DNA of 42,158 nucleotides from Octopus sinensis (lineage: Eukaryota), in assembly GCF_006345805.1 (NCBI RefSeq), contig NW_021829887.1:1-42158 (forward strand), written 5' to 3'. A program made the translations under genes and the position numbers. The number at the start of each line of letters is the position of its first letter. The stretch's first letter is position 1. The notes below the pieces were generated by a model, which was not told the DNA's origin, did not search any database, and saw only the letters and a list, made by a program, of their open reading frames with translations. Positions 25,349 to 36,915 of the stretch are shown in pieces.

Positions 25349-25404
25349 GTCTCTGGAGACGGAATATCCCATACTCGGGGATATCCCAGAAACAGCTGTA
25401 AGAC
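25349..25404 (+). ncRNA. Type I hammerhead motif (family 4), A6G core lesion
   Basis: GTCT-CTGGAGA-CGGAATATCCC..GGGATATCCCA-GAA-ACAGCTGT-A-AGAC. Confidence 0.65.
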
Positions 25405-25654
25405 TTCGAATTTTTTTCCAGTTATAGTATTGTATACGACTTGAGATGTTTACCATGCCTTAACGTTTGTTGTCCTCTTTAACAATAATATCCGCTGCAT
25501 CGGAATTCTGCAATGGCTCCATAAGTACCGTGTAGGTTATAACCTCGGAGCCCCAGTAATCCGTTACAGCACTTATCTAGCGTACCTAATCGTTTATATT
25601 ACTTGCGAATTAAACCTGCATACTTTGCATACATATATATATGTGTGTGTGTGT

Positions 25655-25704
<50 letters not shown>

Positions 25705-25929
25705 GTGTGTGTGTAATGCACAGTAATAATTTTAGGTCATTCCCACACGGGATCATTAGAATGCTACAGAAAACATTTTTCGGTATTTAATTTCTATTTA
25801 GTTACATAACAAAATCACAGAGGAATTTAGAAGTAACATATTTGATACTCCATTACTTGCGCAAAAATTAAAATATCCAATCATCCATCCATCAACCCAT
25901 CCATCAATCCATACATCCATCTATCCTTT

Positions 25930-26240
25930 CCACCTAAGGGTTGTATGAGAGACCTCAGGAACCTAGTCCATGGATTCCTTTCAGAAGTAGTGTTCTTCAG
26001 ACATTCTGGTTTGGTTCTCAGAAGTGATCAACCGAGATTATGGATTTAATCCAACCTCATCGCTTTTGTCTACCTCCAAGCCTCTTGCTAGTTGGCTCGA
26101 CTTGAAGTATCCAACTTGTGATTCTTTCCTGTAACATTCTAACGACATGTCTGTTGTACCAGAGTAGTGACGTTTCGATTCGGAGAATTAGCGTCTCTTC
26201 CTGGAGAGTCTCACTAGTGTCCACGTCACGCACATTGCCA
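25930..26240 (-). mobile_element. RTE-type LINE 3' remnant (post-RT C-terminus)
   Basis: LRIETSLLWYNRHVVRMLQERITSWILQVEPTSKRLGGRQKR resembles the RTE C-terminal LRWxGHVxRM..GKRPRGRP motif; the decayed frame continues to about 25930. Confidence 0.75.
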
Positions 26241-26724
26241 AGGAACTTTACTCCAGATATATTAGCAGCTATGTAATAATGATTTGTGTTTGCTTGCATT
26301 CTAGTTAAGTGCAGGCATGGCTGGAGTGATGAAGGAGGAGCAGGAAGAGCAAGAAAGAAGCATGTAGAGGGGGTGAAGCGGAAGTAAAAGTCTGTGTAGT
26401 TATATCGTGGAGTAAACATTTTGCAGAGATGTTCTCGATGTTTCTATTTTGTTGATAAAATTTAGCAAAATTCTATCCATTGTAGATATTCAAATGAGAA
26501 ATATTTTCGCTTCATTTCATTTTAAGATAATGATTTTTTTTCGTATTTTTTCTTTTCTCATTTGAAAATTAATATAAATGTCATGTTTTTTTTATATAAG
26601 CACCAGGAAAAATTATAAAAGTTAAAATTATAATTATTTTATGTATGTGAGCTTAATTGATATTACCTCTGGTGGCAAATGTGTACTACTACAGTTACCC
26701 GTCATATGACAGGTAATACTCTAC

Positions 26725-27038
26725 CACTGGCCAAGCTGCAGCTGCCACCTTGAAGAATTTTAGTCAAATGTATCGACATAAGTATTTAGATATATCTGTT
26801 TAAACCTGGCCGTTATTCTATCATATTTTTCTTACCGAACCGCTAAGTTACTGGTATGTAAACACGCCAGTCCCAATTATCAAGCTTTGGTAGAGGACAA
26901 ACACACACATTGATATATTTACGCCGGGATTCTTTCAGTTTCCAGCTACCATATCCACTCGCAAGGCTGTAGTCGGTCGGAGCTATAACAGAAGACACTT
27001 GCCCAGGGTGCCGTGCAATAGGACTAAACCCAGAACCA
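26725..27038 (-). mobile_element. Family B SINE, diverged
   Basis: AGAAGACACTTGCCCAGGGTGCC and CCGAACCGCTAAGTTAC motifs. Confidence 0.7.
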
Positions 27039-27407
27039 GTAAGAAGAGAGAGAGACAGACAGACACAGAGAGAGAGACAGACACACAGAGTGAGAGAGAG
27101 AGAAAGAAAGAGAGAGAAAGAGAGAGAGAGAAAGAGGTAAAGAGAAAGAGAATAATAGAGCAATGTTACTAGATTAAGTGAAAAGAGAGACTGAGAGAGT
27201 GAGTGAGAGAGAAAGAGGGGAGGGGAAGATACAGAGAGAGAGAGGTGAGAGAAAAAGAGACAGAGATTGCTTACTACCATTGCTGTGTAATAAGTAATCT
27301 CCTTACTACACAGTCACAGATGTATCACTTTTAATTAGGAATATAATGAAAATACTTAACGAAATTGATGAAGAACAACAAAAGTTCACTTGTATTATAT
27401 TGATATA

Positions 27408-27590
27408 CAGCAATCCCTCACCGCATCGCGGTTCCTCTATCGCGCACTCAGTACATCGCGGATTTTCAGGTTAATATATGTAAATTTATATCGTGGACTC
27501 CTCAGTATATCCGTATTTATATTTTTAGATTCTAATTATTTCTGTGGGAGATTTTGGAACGTAACACCCAAGATAGTCGAGGGATTACTG
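27408..27590. mobile_element. Tigger/pogo-like MITE (183 bp)
   Basis: TIR core CAG(C/T)AATCCCTC (11 of 12 match); TA at 27406-07 and 27591-92. Confidence 0.8.
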
Positions 27591-28339
27591 TAATCGGAAT
27601 AATTAAAGTGAAATATATATTTGGTGAATCCTAGGTTGGGAATATGTGAATTTTAGCCTTGAATCACCGCGCTTTCCCAAATTCTCTTCACAAATAATTC
27701 AGAGCCCTTAATGCTCAAAATCCTTTCAGGTGTTTATCCCTTTAGATAACCGCAGAAACCCATACCCACAAGTCAATATTGACCAGTTACCGAACCCTGA
27801 TCTAAATCCTTGACAAAAAATGCATTCAACCAGAAAATGAAGTGGTAGCTTATATGCTTCACTTACAGATGTCATAACTGTCTGTGTTCGTATCTTCCTC
27901 TGTATGAAGCAACTGAGAGGGATCGCCTTTAGTATTAGCTATTTATCTGGGTATTTACTTCGGTGTCAGAACGGTTCAACGGTTGTGTATCTTGTTGTAT
28001 TTACCTGGATAATCCGTCAATATGAATGCATATCCAGATATTTGGGGTGTGATGTCGGGTGGTTATCTGTGGGAGTATCAATTAGTCGGAGTATTTCTTT
28101 AAGTGAATAGATGCGTGACTGGCAGAATAAATGAATGGATGACTGCATGAACGGGTATTTTTCTTTCTTTTTTTAAAGGATTTCTATCCGGGTAATTGCT
28201 TAGGTGAATAGATGCGTGACTGATGATTTGATTGTATGTGAGGGAGAATGGACGGACGGACAGACGGACGAGTAGATTGCTGCTTGCTTAGGATGTTGTT
28301 GGCATGGGTAGCAAATTGAAGATAGGCGACGAGGGGCGG

Positions 28340-28843
28340 GGTGCTGTGTAATGTCTATAACTGTTTTTTCTGTCTAGATTGATGGATGGAAAGGAGTAGG
28401 GACAGATGGATATAAGGATGGACTGTATGGATGTTTGGATGGTAGGATAGATGATGAAAATGTTGGGATGTGAGGGAGGAGAAACAGAGATGCAGAGGGT
28501 GGGAAAGGAGAAGGAGAGTCAGGGGAGAAGGTGAGAGAGAAAGAGAGAGGAACAATTATAAATAGGCAAACAAGCTGGCGAAAGATGGATGTTTGGGTGG
28601 AGAAAGTGAACCGCTGATGGATTACGGAGAGTTAGGTGTGGGATGACAAAAATAGGAACAAAACAAAAACATCGTCCCGTAATGCGTTCAGAAAAAAAAG
28701 GAGATGGAAGTAAATAGGGGAAAAAAAGTGGTATGAGAAGGGATATAAAAATGCAAAAGCACGAAAATAATAATATTATCAGCAACAGAAGGGTAAAAAA
28801 ATAAACGAAAAAATATGATTGAAATATATATTTGGGAGTAAGA

Positions 28844-28876
<33 letters not shown>

Positions 28877-29575
28877 GAAGAAACAGAGTCAAACAGGCAG
28901 ATTGAGAGAGAGAGAGAAAGAGAGAGAAAGAGAGAGAGGAGAGAGAGAGCGAGAGGGCGAAGTAAAGAGAGAGAGAATAATAAAGCAATGTTATTAGATT
29001 AAGTGAAAAGAGAGACTGAGAGAGTGAGAAAAGGGGGAGGGGAAGATAGAGAGAGGTAAGAGAAAAAGAGACAGAGGTAGGGAGAAAATGAGAGAGAGCA
29101 AGTGTAAGAGCAAGAGACAGGGAGAAATGGGAGAGAAAAAGAGAGAAGAGAGAAAGTGAAGACAAGGAAGGAGACAAAGAGAGAAGAAAAAAGAAAGAAA
29201 GAAAGAAGGGAGGAATGGAGAAAAGAGATACAGGGTGGGAGGGAAAGACAGAGAAAAACTGAATGAAAGAGAGAAAGCGAGAGAAGGAGCTAGAAAGAAA
29301 AAAACAGAGACAATAGCAAGAGAGACAGTGAGATAGAGAAGGGGAAGGATAAACAGAGAGAAAGATTGAAAAGAGAAAGATTAAGAGAAAGAGAGATGGT
29401 AGAAGAATAACAGGGAAAGAGGTTTGAAGAATATTAAACTGATGAAAAAACAAACAGTAAGGAGCAATGCAAGGTAGTGAAAATAATAAAGAAAAAGATA
29501 ACTAAAGCACAGAAAAGTAGGAAAAACAAATAAATTGATTGAGATAGGGGAAAAAAGGGGAAAAGAAAATGATGT
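28340..29575 (+). repeat. Purine-rich low-complexity tract
   Basis: A/G-biased plus strand; contains a copy of the 27148-27265 segment. Confidence 0.85.
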
Positions 29576-29721
29576 CATGATGTCATGTGACCATTTACCA
29601 GTAAAGTATGTATTGCTTCACAATAGTCAAGGAGGTTTAGAGCAAAGCGGCTTTAAAATGTTTCTCTGTTCTTCCATCGATTCAACTGTTTCCATAGTTC
29701 TACTCCATCTATTCTACACGC

Positions 29722-29878
29722 GTGGCTGTGTGATAATATGCTTGCTTCCCGTCCACATGGTTCCGGGTTCAGTCCTACTGCGTGGCGCATGGTGCCTGGG
29801 ACAGTTGTCTTCTACTACAGCCTCGGGCCGACCAAAGCCTTGTGAGTGGATTCGGTCGATGGAAAATGAAAGCCCGCC
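29722..29878 (+). mobile_element. Family B SINE 5' half, followed by (CTAT/CTGT)n to 30192
   Basis: GTGGCTGTGTG A-box-like, GGTTCAGTCC B-box-like, CCTCGGGCCGACCAAAGCCTTGTGAGTGG; tail absent. Confidence 0.85.
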
Positions 29879-29916
<38 letters not shown>

Positions 29917-30009
29917 GTCTATCTACCTATCTGTCTGTCTGTCTGTCTGTCTATCTATGTATTTATCTATCTGTCTGTCTATTTATATATCTGTCTATCT
30001 ATCTATCTG

Positions 30010-30076
<67 letters not shown>

Positions 30077-30129
30077 GTTTGTCTGTCTTTCTATATATCT
30101 ATCTATCTATCTATCTGTCTGTCTGTCTA

Positions 30130-30193
<64 letters not shown>

Positions 30194-31376
30194 AAATCCC
30201 GACAGCTTTGATGGTTGAAGAGATATGATATGAGTGGTTATAATGGCTTTATAGCGGTTTTGACTGCTATTTCTAGGCATGTAAGGGTTTTTACAACCAT
30301 TTCCGTTATAATAGTGATTTATCACAATTATACACTCTTCTTTTATGAAAATAAATGCTTTCATTAATATATTCGTAAATAATTTTCAATTATTTACGAA
30401 TATATCCTTTGTAATATATTTTTGCATTCCTCTTTTATTATCTCATTTTTCTTCATATCCAGTTTTTCACCGTGGCTCGTTTTACTGGTCTTTCTCTTAC
30501 AAACGCTGTGCATGAAGTTTAAATTCAGAATTTTAATTTGTAGAGGTTGACACATTATTCTTGCTGGTCGGGGTATATTATTAAACCCCAAGGTATGATT
30601 TTTTAAAAATTTTCAGTGTTAATTTGTATCTACAGGAATGTCTTCCTGACGGGAAGAGTGAAACCGTTTTTGGTTCCTAACTTCGAAATTGCAATAGGGG
30701 ATTAACCTTTTATTTTTATTAAATTTTGAACTTTATGTCATGTCACCGGCAACAGCTTTTATTATTGAAGAGATATGAGTTGTTATAGTGGATTTATCGC
30801 CGTTTTGAGTGCTATTTCTAGATATGTTTTTACAAACCTCTCCGTTATAATTGTGATTTATGCACACACACACGCACACACACACACACACCACACACAC
30901 ACACAAATGTATATAAGTAAAGTACTAAATAATGAAATCTGATGAGAAAAAAAGAAACCAGTTAGACAAAAATATTAGAAAATCACGCTAACACAAGTGA
31001 AATCAGGTGTTTGAAAAATGTAGAAATATACAGCTAGAAATAAACAAAGAAGTCGTTAATGAAGCAAACGCACAAAAAAAGTCAAAGTTAACAAACCTGA
31101 AGAGGAAAAAGCAAGAGGAGATAAAAAGGTACGATATCTAATTATATACCTCTTCGTAACGTTTAGTATCGTACAGGGAAAACTGGCTGTCTTATTTAAT
31201 CCAGCAAGTGGCTTATGTTTAGGTTACATTTCAGCCAACATTTTCACCGCAATCCACTCTGCATTATCTGAAGAATAGATTATAGTGCAATTATTAATTC
31301 TAATACCAGGGAAGGATAAGTGATCTGTTGCTATAAATATTTCTCTACTGAAATTTTCTTTTCCCGCGATAATTAA

Positions 31377-31470
<94 letters not shown>

Positions 31471-31553
31471 ATATACATACATACACATACATACATACAT
31501 CAACCAATTTGTCAATCTATTACCTTATGTATAATATATAATATATTTATAAC

Positions 31554-31954
31554 GCGGTGAGCTGGCAGAATCGTTACCTCGCCGGTCAGAATGCTTAGCG
31601 GTATTTCGGCTGCCGCTACGTTCTGAGTTCAAATTCCGCCGAGGTCGACTTTGCCTTTCATCCTTTCGGGGTGGATTAAATAAGTAGCAGTTACGCACTG
31701 GGCTCGATATAATCGACTTAATCCCTCTGTCTATCCTTGTTTGTCCTCTCTGTGTTTAGCTTCTTGTGGGTAATAAAGAAATAGGTATTTCGTCTGCCGT
31801 TACGTTCTACAGTTCAAATTCCGCCGAGGTTGACTTTGCCTTTCATCCTTTCGGGGTCGATAAATTAAGTACCAGTTGCGTACTGGGCTCGATCTAATCG
31901 ACTGGCGTCCACCCACAAGAAATTTCGGGCCTTGTGCGTAGAGTAGAAAAGAAT
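31554..31954 (+). mobile_element. Family A SINE dimer
   Basis: Full unit plus 5'-truncated unit joined at GAAATA|GGTATTTCG (31783/31784). Confidence 0.9.
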
Positions 31955-31957
31955 TTA

Positions 31958-32003
<46 letters not shown>

Positions 32004-32151
32004 ATGTATGTATGTATGTATATATATGTATGTATGTATGTATGTATGCGTGCGCGCGTGCATGCATGCATGTATGTATGCATGCATGCATGCATGTTTG
32101 TATGCATTCATGCATGTATGTATGTATAGATAGATAGAAAGAGGTGGAGTA

Positions 32152-32500
32152 AAAGTGTGTGTGGCGGGGAAACAGAATCCATCAATGTCAATTTGTATGA
32201 TGGGGGTGGGGGTGAATAGTGAATGGATAAATGTAGTGGCTGGTTGGCTGGTTAGATCGCCGGTTTAGTTTGCTGGTTAGCACTACTCTAACGCAATCGA
32301 CACGCGCGGTGCTCACCTGACCATTACTGGAAGCTACCACTGAACCAACCAACCAGTCAGCCAGCCAGCCAACCAGCAAACTAAACCGGCGATCTAGCCA
32401 GCCAACCAGCCACTACATTTATCCATTCACTATTCACCCCCATCCCCCGTCATACAAACTGTGACATTGATGGATTCTGTTTCCCCGCCACAAACACTTT
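32152..32500. repeat. Fold-back (MITE-like) element: arms 32152-32278 and 32371-32500
   Basis: Arms of about 127 bp are reverse complements with few differences; 92-bp spacer; no clear TSD. Confidence 0.9.
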
Positions 32501-32589
32501 AACCCCTCCACCCTCACCGTTTGTACTCGAACACTTTCGCTCTAATTTTCGTTATCTTATTGTAGTGTCTTCATTTTTCATATTATCAA

Positions 32590-33120
32590 TGCTCTTCTTA
32601 GTGTTCTTGTTGTAGTTGCTGCTGTTGTTGTTGTTGTTGTTCTTATTCTTCTTTCTCTACTACTACTACTACTACTACTACTACTATACTACTACTACTA
32701 CTACTATTCTTTCCTCTACGTCTTCTTGCGATAATGATTATGATGATGATGACGATGATGATAGTGATGGACACGGAGAAAGAGGAGAGGGAAGAGGATA
32801 CGTCGGTAGCAAATAGAAAGAAAACTATGAAAACGGTGAAGAAGAACAAGAATAGCAACAACAGTAATAACAATAATAACAGTAGAAGAAGAAGAAGAAG
32901 GAGGAGGAGGAGGAGGAGGAGGAGGAGGAGAAGAAGAAGGAGGAGAAGAAGAAGAAGAAGAAGAAGAAGTGAAAGAAAAAGAAGAAGTGAAAGAAAAAGA
33001 AGAAGACGACGACGACGACGACGACGAAGAAGAAGAAGAAGAAGAAGAAGAAGAAGAAGAAGAAGAAGAAGAAGAAGAAGAAGAAGAAGAAGAAGAAGAA
33101 GAAGAAGAAGAAGAAGGAAA
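32590..33120. repeat. Trinucleotide arrays (GTT, CTA, GAT, AGG, GAA)
   Basis: Direct reading. Confidence 0.95.
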
Positions 33121-33533
33121 AGAAGTGTGTAGTAAAATGAATGAATACGTCTTTTGGCGCTTCGTCCGTTCGTTTATTCGTTTTCTTTGTATTTCTATCT
33201 ATTTTTGGTTTTAGTTTTGGACTAAAAAAACAAAAAAAAAAGCTGTCTTCTTTCATGATTACTCTCCGAAGATAAGCGGAAAAGCCCGGTCCTCTTTATC
33301 ATCATCATCATCATCATCAACATCACTCTCATCGTTGTTATTGTTGTTATCATCATCATCCTCTTCCTCACCGTCATCGTCATCAATATTATTATTGTTG
33401 TTATTTCTGTGCTTTTAATTTTCTCTCCTTTTCATTGCAAACAAGAGACGTCCTCCACGAAAGCTACACCGCATCCTCCGCTCCGGTTGCAATCTAATTT
33501 CGTTATTGCAATACTATCGTCTCGAAATAAGAC

Positions 33534-33601
<68 letters not shown>

Positions 33602-33617
33602 ACACACACACACACAC

Positions 33618-33672
<55 letters not shown>

Positions 33673-34271
33673 TTGAAAGAACGTTGGCTCAACCTCGCCT
33701 TGGCGTTTGCAAATAATTACAGGGAGCCGACGAACCAGCCAGCCAGACTGCTGGCCAGGAGGCCAACCTGCTTGCTGGGCGGGCAGCAAGCAGTCACAAC
33801 TACGACCAGTCTGACAAACAACTTTTTGGTGAGCCAGAGAGCCAGAGAGCCAGAGAGCCGGAGAACCGACGAAGCAAACATCGCGATATGCAGCAGATAC
33901 ATATTGCTGGAAACGTTATGCTCCTGCTAGTAGCGACGAAACGGCTTAGGCAAATATAAGTGTTAACATTATTATTTTCATTCATGATACTGTTTGATTA
34001 ATGTACATCAAATGGAGTGGGATGGCAATCACGGTTTCTTTGGAATTATACAGATTTACGTTTTCGAACACACACGTACGCTTCTTATCATTTAAATCCA
34101 GAATGAAACACACGTTTTGTTCCTTACTCACACACACACACGCGCGCAAACATACCCCCCCCCACACACACAACGATCTTTCACGTACACTACAAACATA
34201 CATACATATATGTATATGAGTGTATGTATGTACAGCTCTATAGAACTGTACATGCGTATGCATACAAGCAA

Positions 34272-34675
34272 GGCGGCGAGCTGGCAGAAACGTTAGCACG
34301 CCGGGTGAAATGCTTAGCAGTATTTCGTCTGCCGTTACGTTCTGAGTTCAAATTCCGCCGAGGTCGACTTTGCTTTTCATCCTTTCGGGGTCGATTAAAT
34401 AAGTAGAAGTTACGCACTGGGGTCGATATAATCGACTTAATCCGTTTGTCTGTTCTTGTTTGTCCCTTCTGTGTTTAGCCCCTTGTGGGTAGTAGAGAAA
34501 TAGGTATTTCGCCTGTCGCTACGTTCTGAGTTCGAATTCCGCGGAGGTCGACTTTACCTTTCATCCTTTCGGGGTCGATAAATTAAGTACCAGTTGCGCA
34601 CTGGGGTCTATGTAATCGACTCAATCTCTTTGTTTGTCTCCCCTGTGTTTAGCCCCCTTTGGGTAGTAAACATAT
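34272..34675 (+). mobile_element. Family A SINE dimer
   Basis: Junction GAAATA|GGTATTTCG at 34502/34503. Confidence 0.9.
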
Positions 34676-34859
34676 TAGTATATACACTTCTATTATTGTA
34701 TTTAATTGGTACCCAGTTAACAATGGTTAAAGAGCCGCAAATTCCGTGCATGGCATTTAACCAATCATTTCGAGTTTTACCAGAAAGTGAAACAAACACA
34801 CTGAAATAAAACAGAGTAAAAGAGGAATAGACTTCAAGTGAAGGGATGCACTATATTTA

Positions 34860-36225
34860 CTGACTCTGAAAGGATGAGAACTATTGTTGATTTTTGCAGG
34901 ATTTGAACTCAGATCGTAGAAGGGTGAAATGATTAACACAAAACAATATACCCGACGCTCTTACAATTCTACCAATTGCTCATCATACCTTAGGTTGGCA
35001 TATATTAGTTTCAAATATTGCCACAAGGCCTGCAGTTTTGTGGGAGGTGTTACATCAATTATCTCGAGTCTAGTTCCTATTTTACGCAACTGGTACTTAT
35101 TTAATCGACCCCGAAAGGATAAAAGTTAAAGTTGACCGCGGCGGAATTTGAACTCAGAATGTTAAGACAGACGAAATACCGCAAAGCGTTTTACCAGGTG
35201 AGCTAATGGTTCCGCTCACTCACCATCTTAAATGCAAACGTACATATTAAAAACATAGACCGGAAAGTTTGGAATATTTGTAATTCCAGATTATAAGTGA
35301 TTCATTTGCAGTGTAGGAAATACGTTGGTTTCAAATTCTACCAGCTTGCCACATTTGGGTTAGCATATATTGACTTCAAATGTTGGTAGAAGGTCAGCTC
35401 TTTCGGGGTAGCCGGTGAGTCGAATACATCGTGCTTAACTGGTACTTATTTTATCGACCACTAAACGATGAAATGCAAAGTCGACCGCAGCGAAATTTGA
35501 ACCGAGGATGTGGAGAAGGATGAAATACCGGAAAACATTTTTCTTGGTTACTAATGATACTACCAGTTAGGTTGGCATATACTGACATGAAATTTTGGCA
35601 CAAGGTTAGAATGTTCGGAGTTGGGGGTAAGCCGAATACTTCGACCCTATTGCTTGAATGGTACTTATTTCATCGACCGCTAAAGGATGAAAGCGAAATT
35701 CGACCTCAGCGGAATTTGAACTCTGAACAGACAGACGAAATACGGCAATGCGTTTTACCCGGTGAGCTAACGATTTTGCCAGCTCGTCGCTTTTGATGTT
35801 GGCATGTATTCTTTTATACTCTAGGCACAAGGCCCGAAATTTTGGGGGAATGTGCCAGTCGATTAGATCGACACCAGTACGCAACTGGTACTTAATTTAT
35901 CGATTCAGAAAGAATGAAAGGCAAAGTCGACCGCAGCGGAATTTGAACTCAGAACGTAACGGAAGAAGAAATACCTATTTCTTTACTACCCACAAGGGGC
36001 TAAATACAGGGGAGACAAACAAGGACAGACAGATGGATTAAGTCGATTATATCGACCCCAGTGCGTAACTGGTACTTATTTAATCTACCCCGAAAGGATG
36101 AAAGGCAAAGTCGACCTCGGTGGAATTTGAACTCAGAACGTAGCGGCAAACGAAACACCGCTAAGCATTTCGCCCGGCGTACTAACGGTTCTGCCAGCTC
36201 GCTGCTTCTGAGGTTGGCATATATT
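34860..36225 (-). mobile_element. Head-to-tail array of at least five family A SINE units, including a dimer at 35806-36204
   Basis: Repeated AATTTGAACTCAGAA bodies; recurring linker GGTTGGCATATATT; dimer junction at 35975/35976. Confidence 0.85.
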
Positions 36226-36883
36226 AAGATTCCCCTAAACGAAAAACTCACACATGAAGTTTCCAGTCGCGATACGAACTAAATGCACCGAAATCATGAA
36301 CTTCGAACGAGTCCCATTGTTTACAATGACATTTTCGACAACAACAGCAACAGCAATAACAATGACATTTATTAATGGCTACTCTGAAAGGATTTAGTAA
36401 CCAGTTTCACAAACACTTGGTGTGATATTGTCCGTTTCCTTAATGTGGAATTGGTGATCAAGCGAGGGAATTTCGTACACTTTAAAGCTTTGTCTATAGA
36501 TATTAATCCGCTCGCTTGACCGCAACACTGGACAATCACTCCAGCAACATCGTGGCTTTCTTTTGATCAGAAGGCCAAGACCACTACTAAATTGACCGCA
36601 ACCGTTACGGCTTCGACGTGCAAACGCACTGTGTAATATTTTTGGTGTTTACTATGCTAATAACCCGAACGCACAGCAGGTGCTGCGCCACCACCACCAC
36701 CACCACCACCACAACCACCACTTCTGCCGCCGCCGCTGTCGTTGTTCACAACATATACTACTACTACTACTACTACTACTAGGGTGTTGTTTTGAATTTG
36801 ACCACCATATTCGAAGATATTAAGCCCTAACATTCACCACTACCAAAACCACGACGGCGGCGGCCACCACCACAACCACCACC

Positions 36884-36915
<32 letters not shown>

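Larger units (their letters stand above)
24904..25491. mobile_element. Fold-back Penelope-like pLTR pair: arms 24904-25093 and 25232-25491
   Basis: Arms are reverse complements (the right arm has about 60 extra bp); each contains a hammerhead; left flank is (TATG)n. Confidence 0.8.

Noticed and set aside
21919-29453. Hydrophobic 206-aa and 224-aa minus-strand ORFs resembling membrane proteins
   Set aside because: They arise from pyrimidine-rich low-complexity strands where stops are rare; F/L/S bias only.
30939-30963. CTGATGA..GAAAC..GTT as a hammerhead
   Set aside because: Helix II is poly-A and helix I cannot pair.
31007-31128. Open Lys/Glu-rich frame ending at AAG|GTACGA
   Set aside because: The acceptor lacks a polypyrimidine tract; an A-rich frame is open by composition.
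34860-36225. Repeat-spacer pattern as a CRISPR array
   Set aside because: The intervening sequences are homologous SINE copies of about 200 bp and the linker is degenerate; eukaryotic context, no cas genes.
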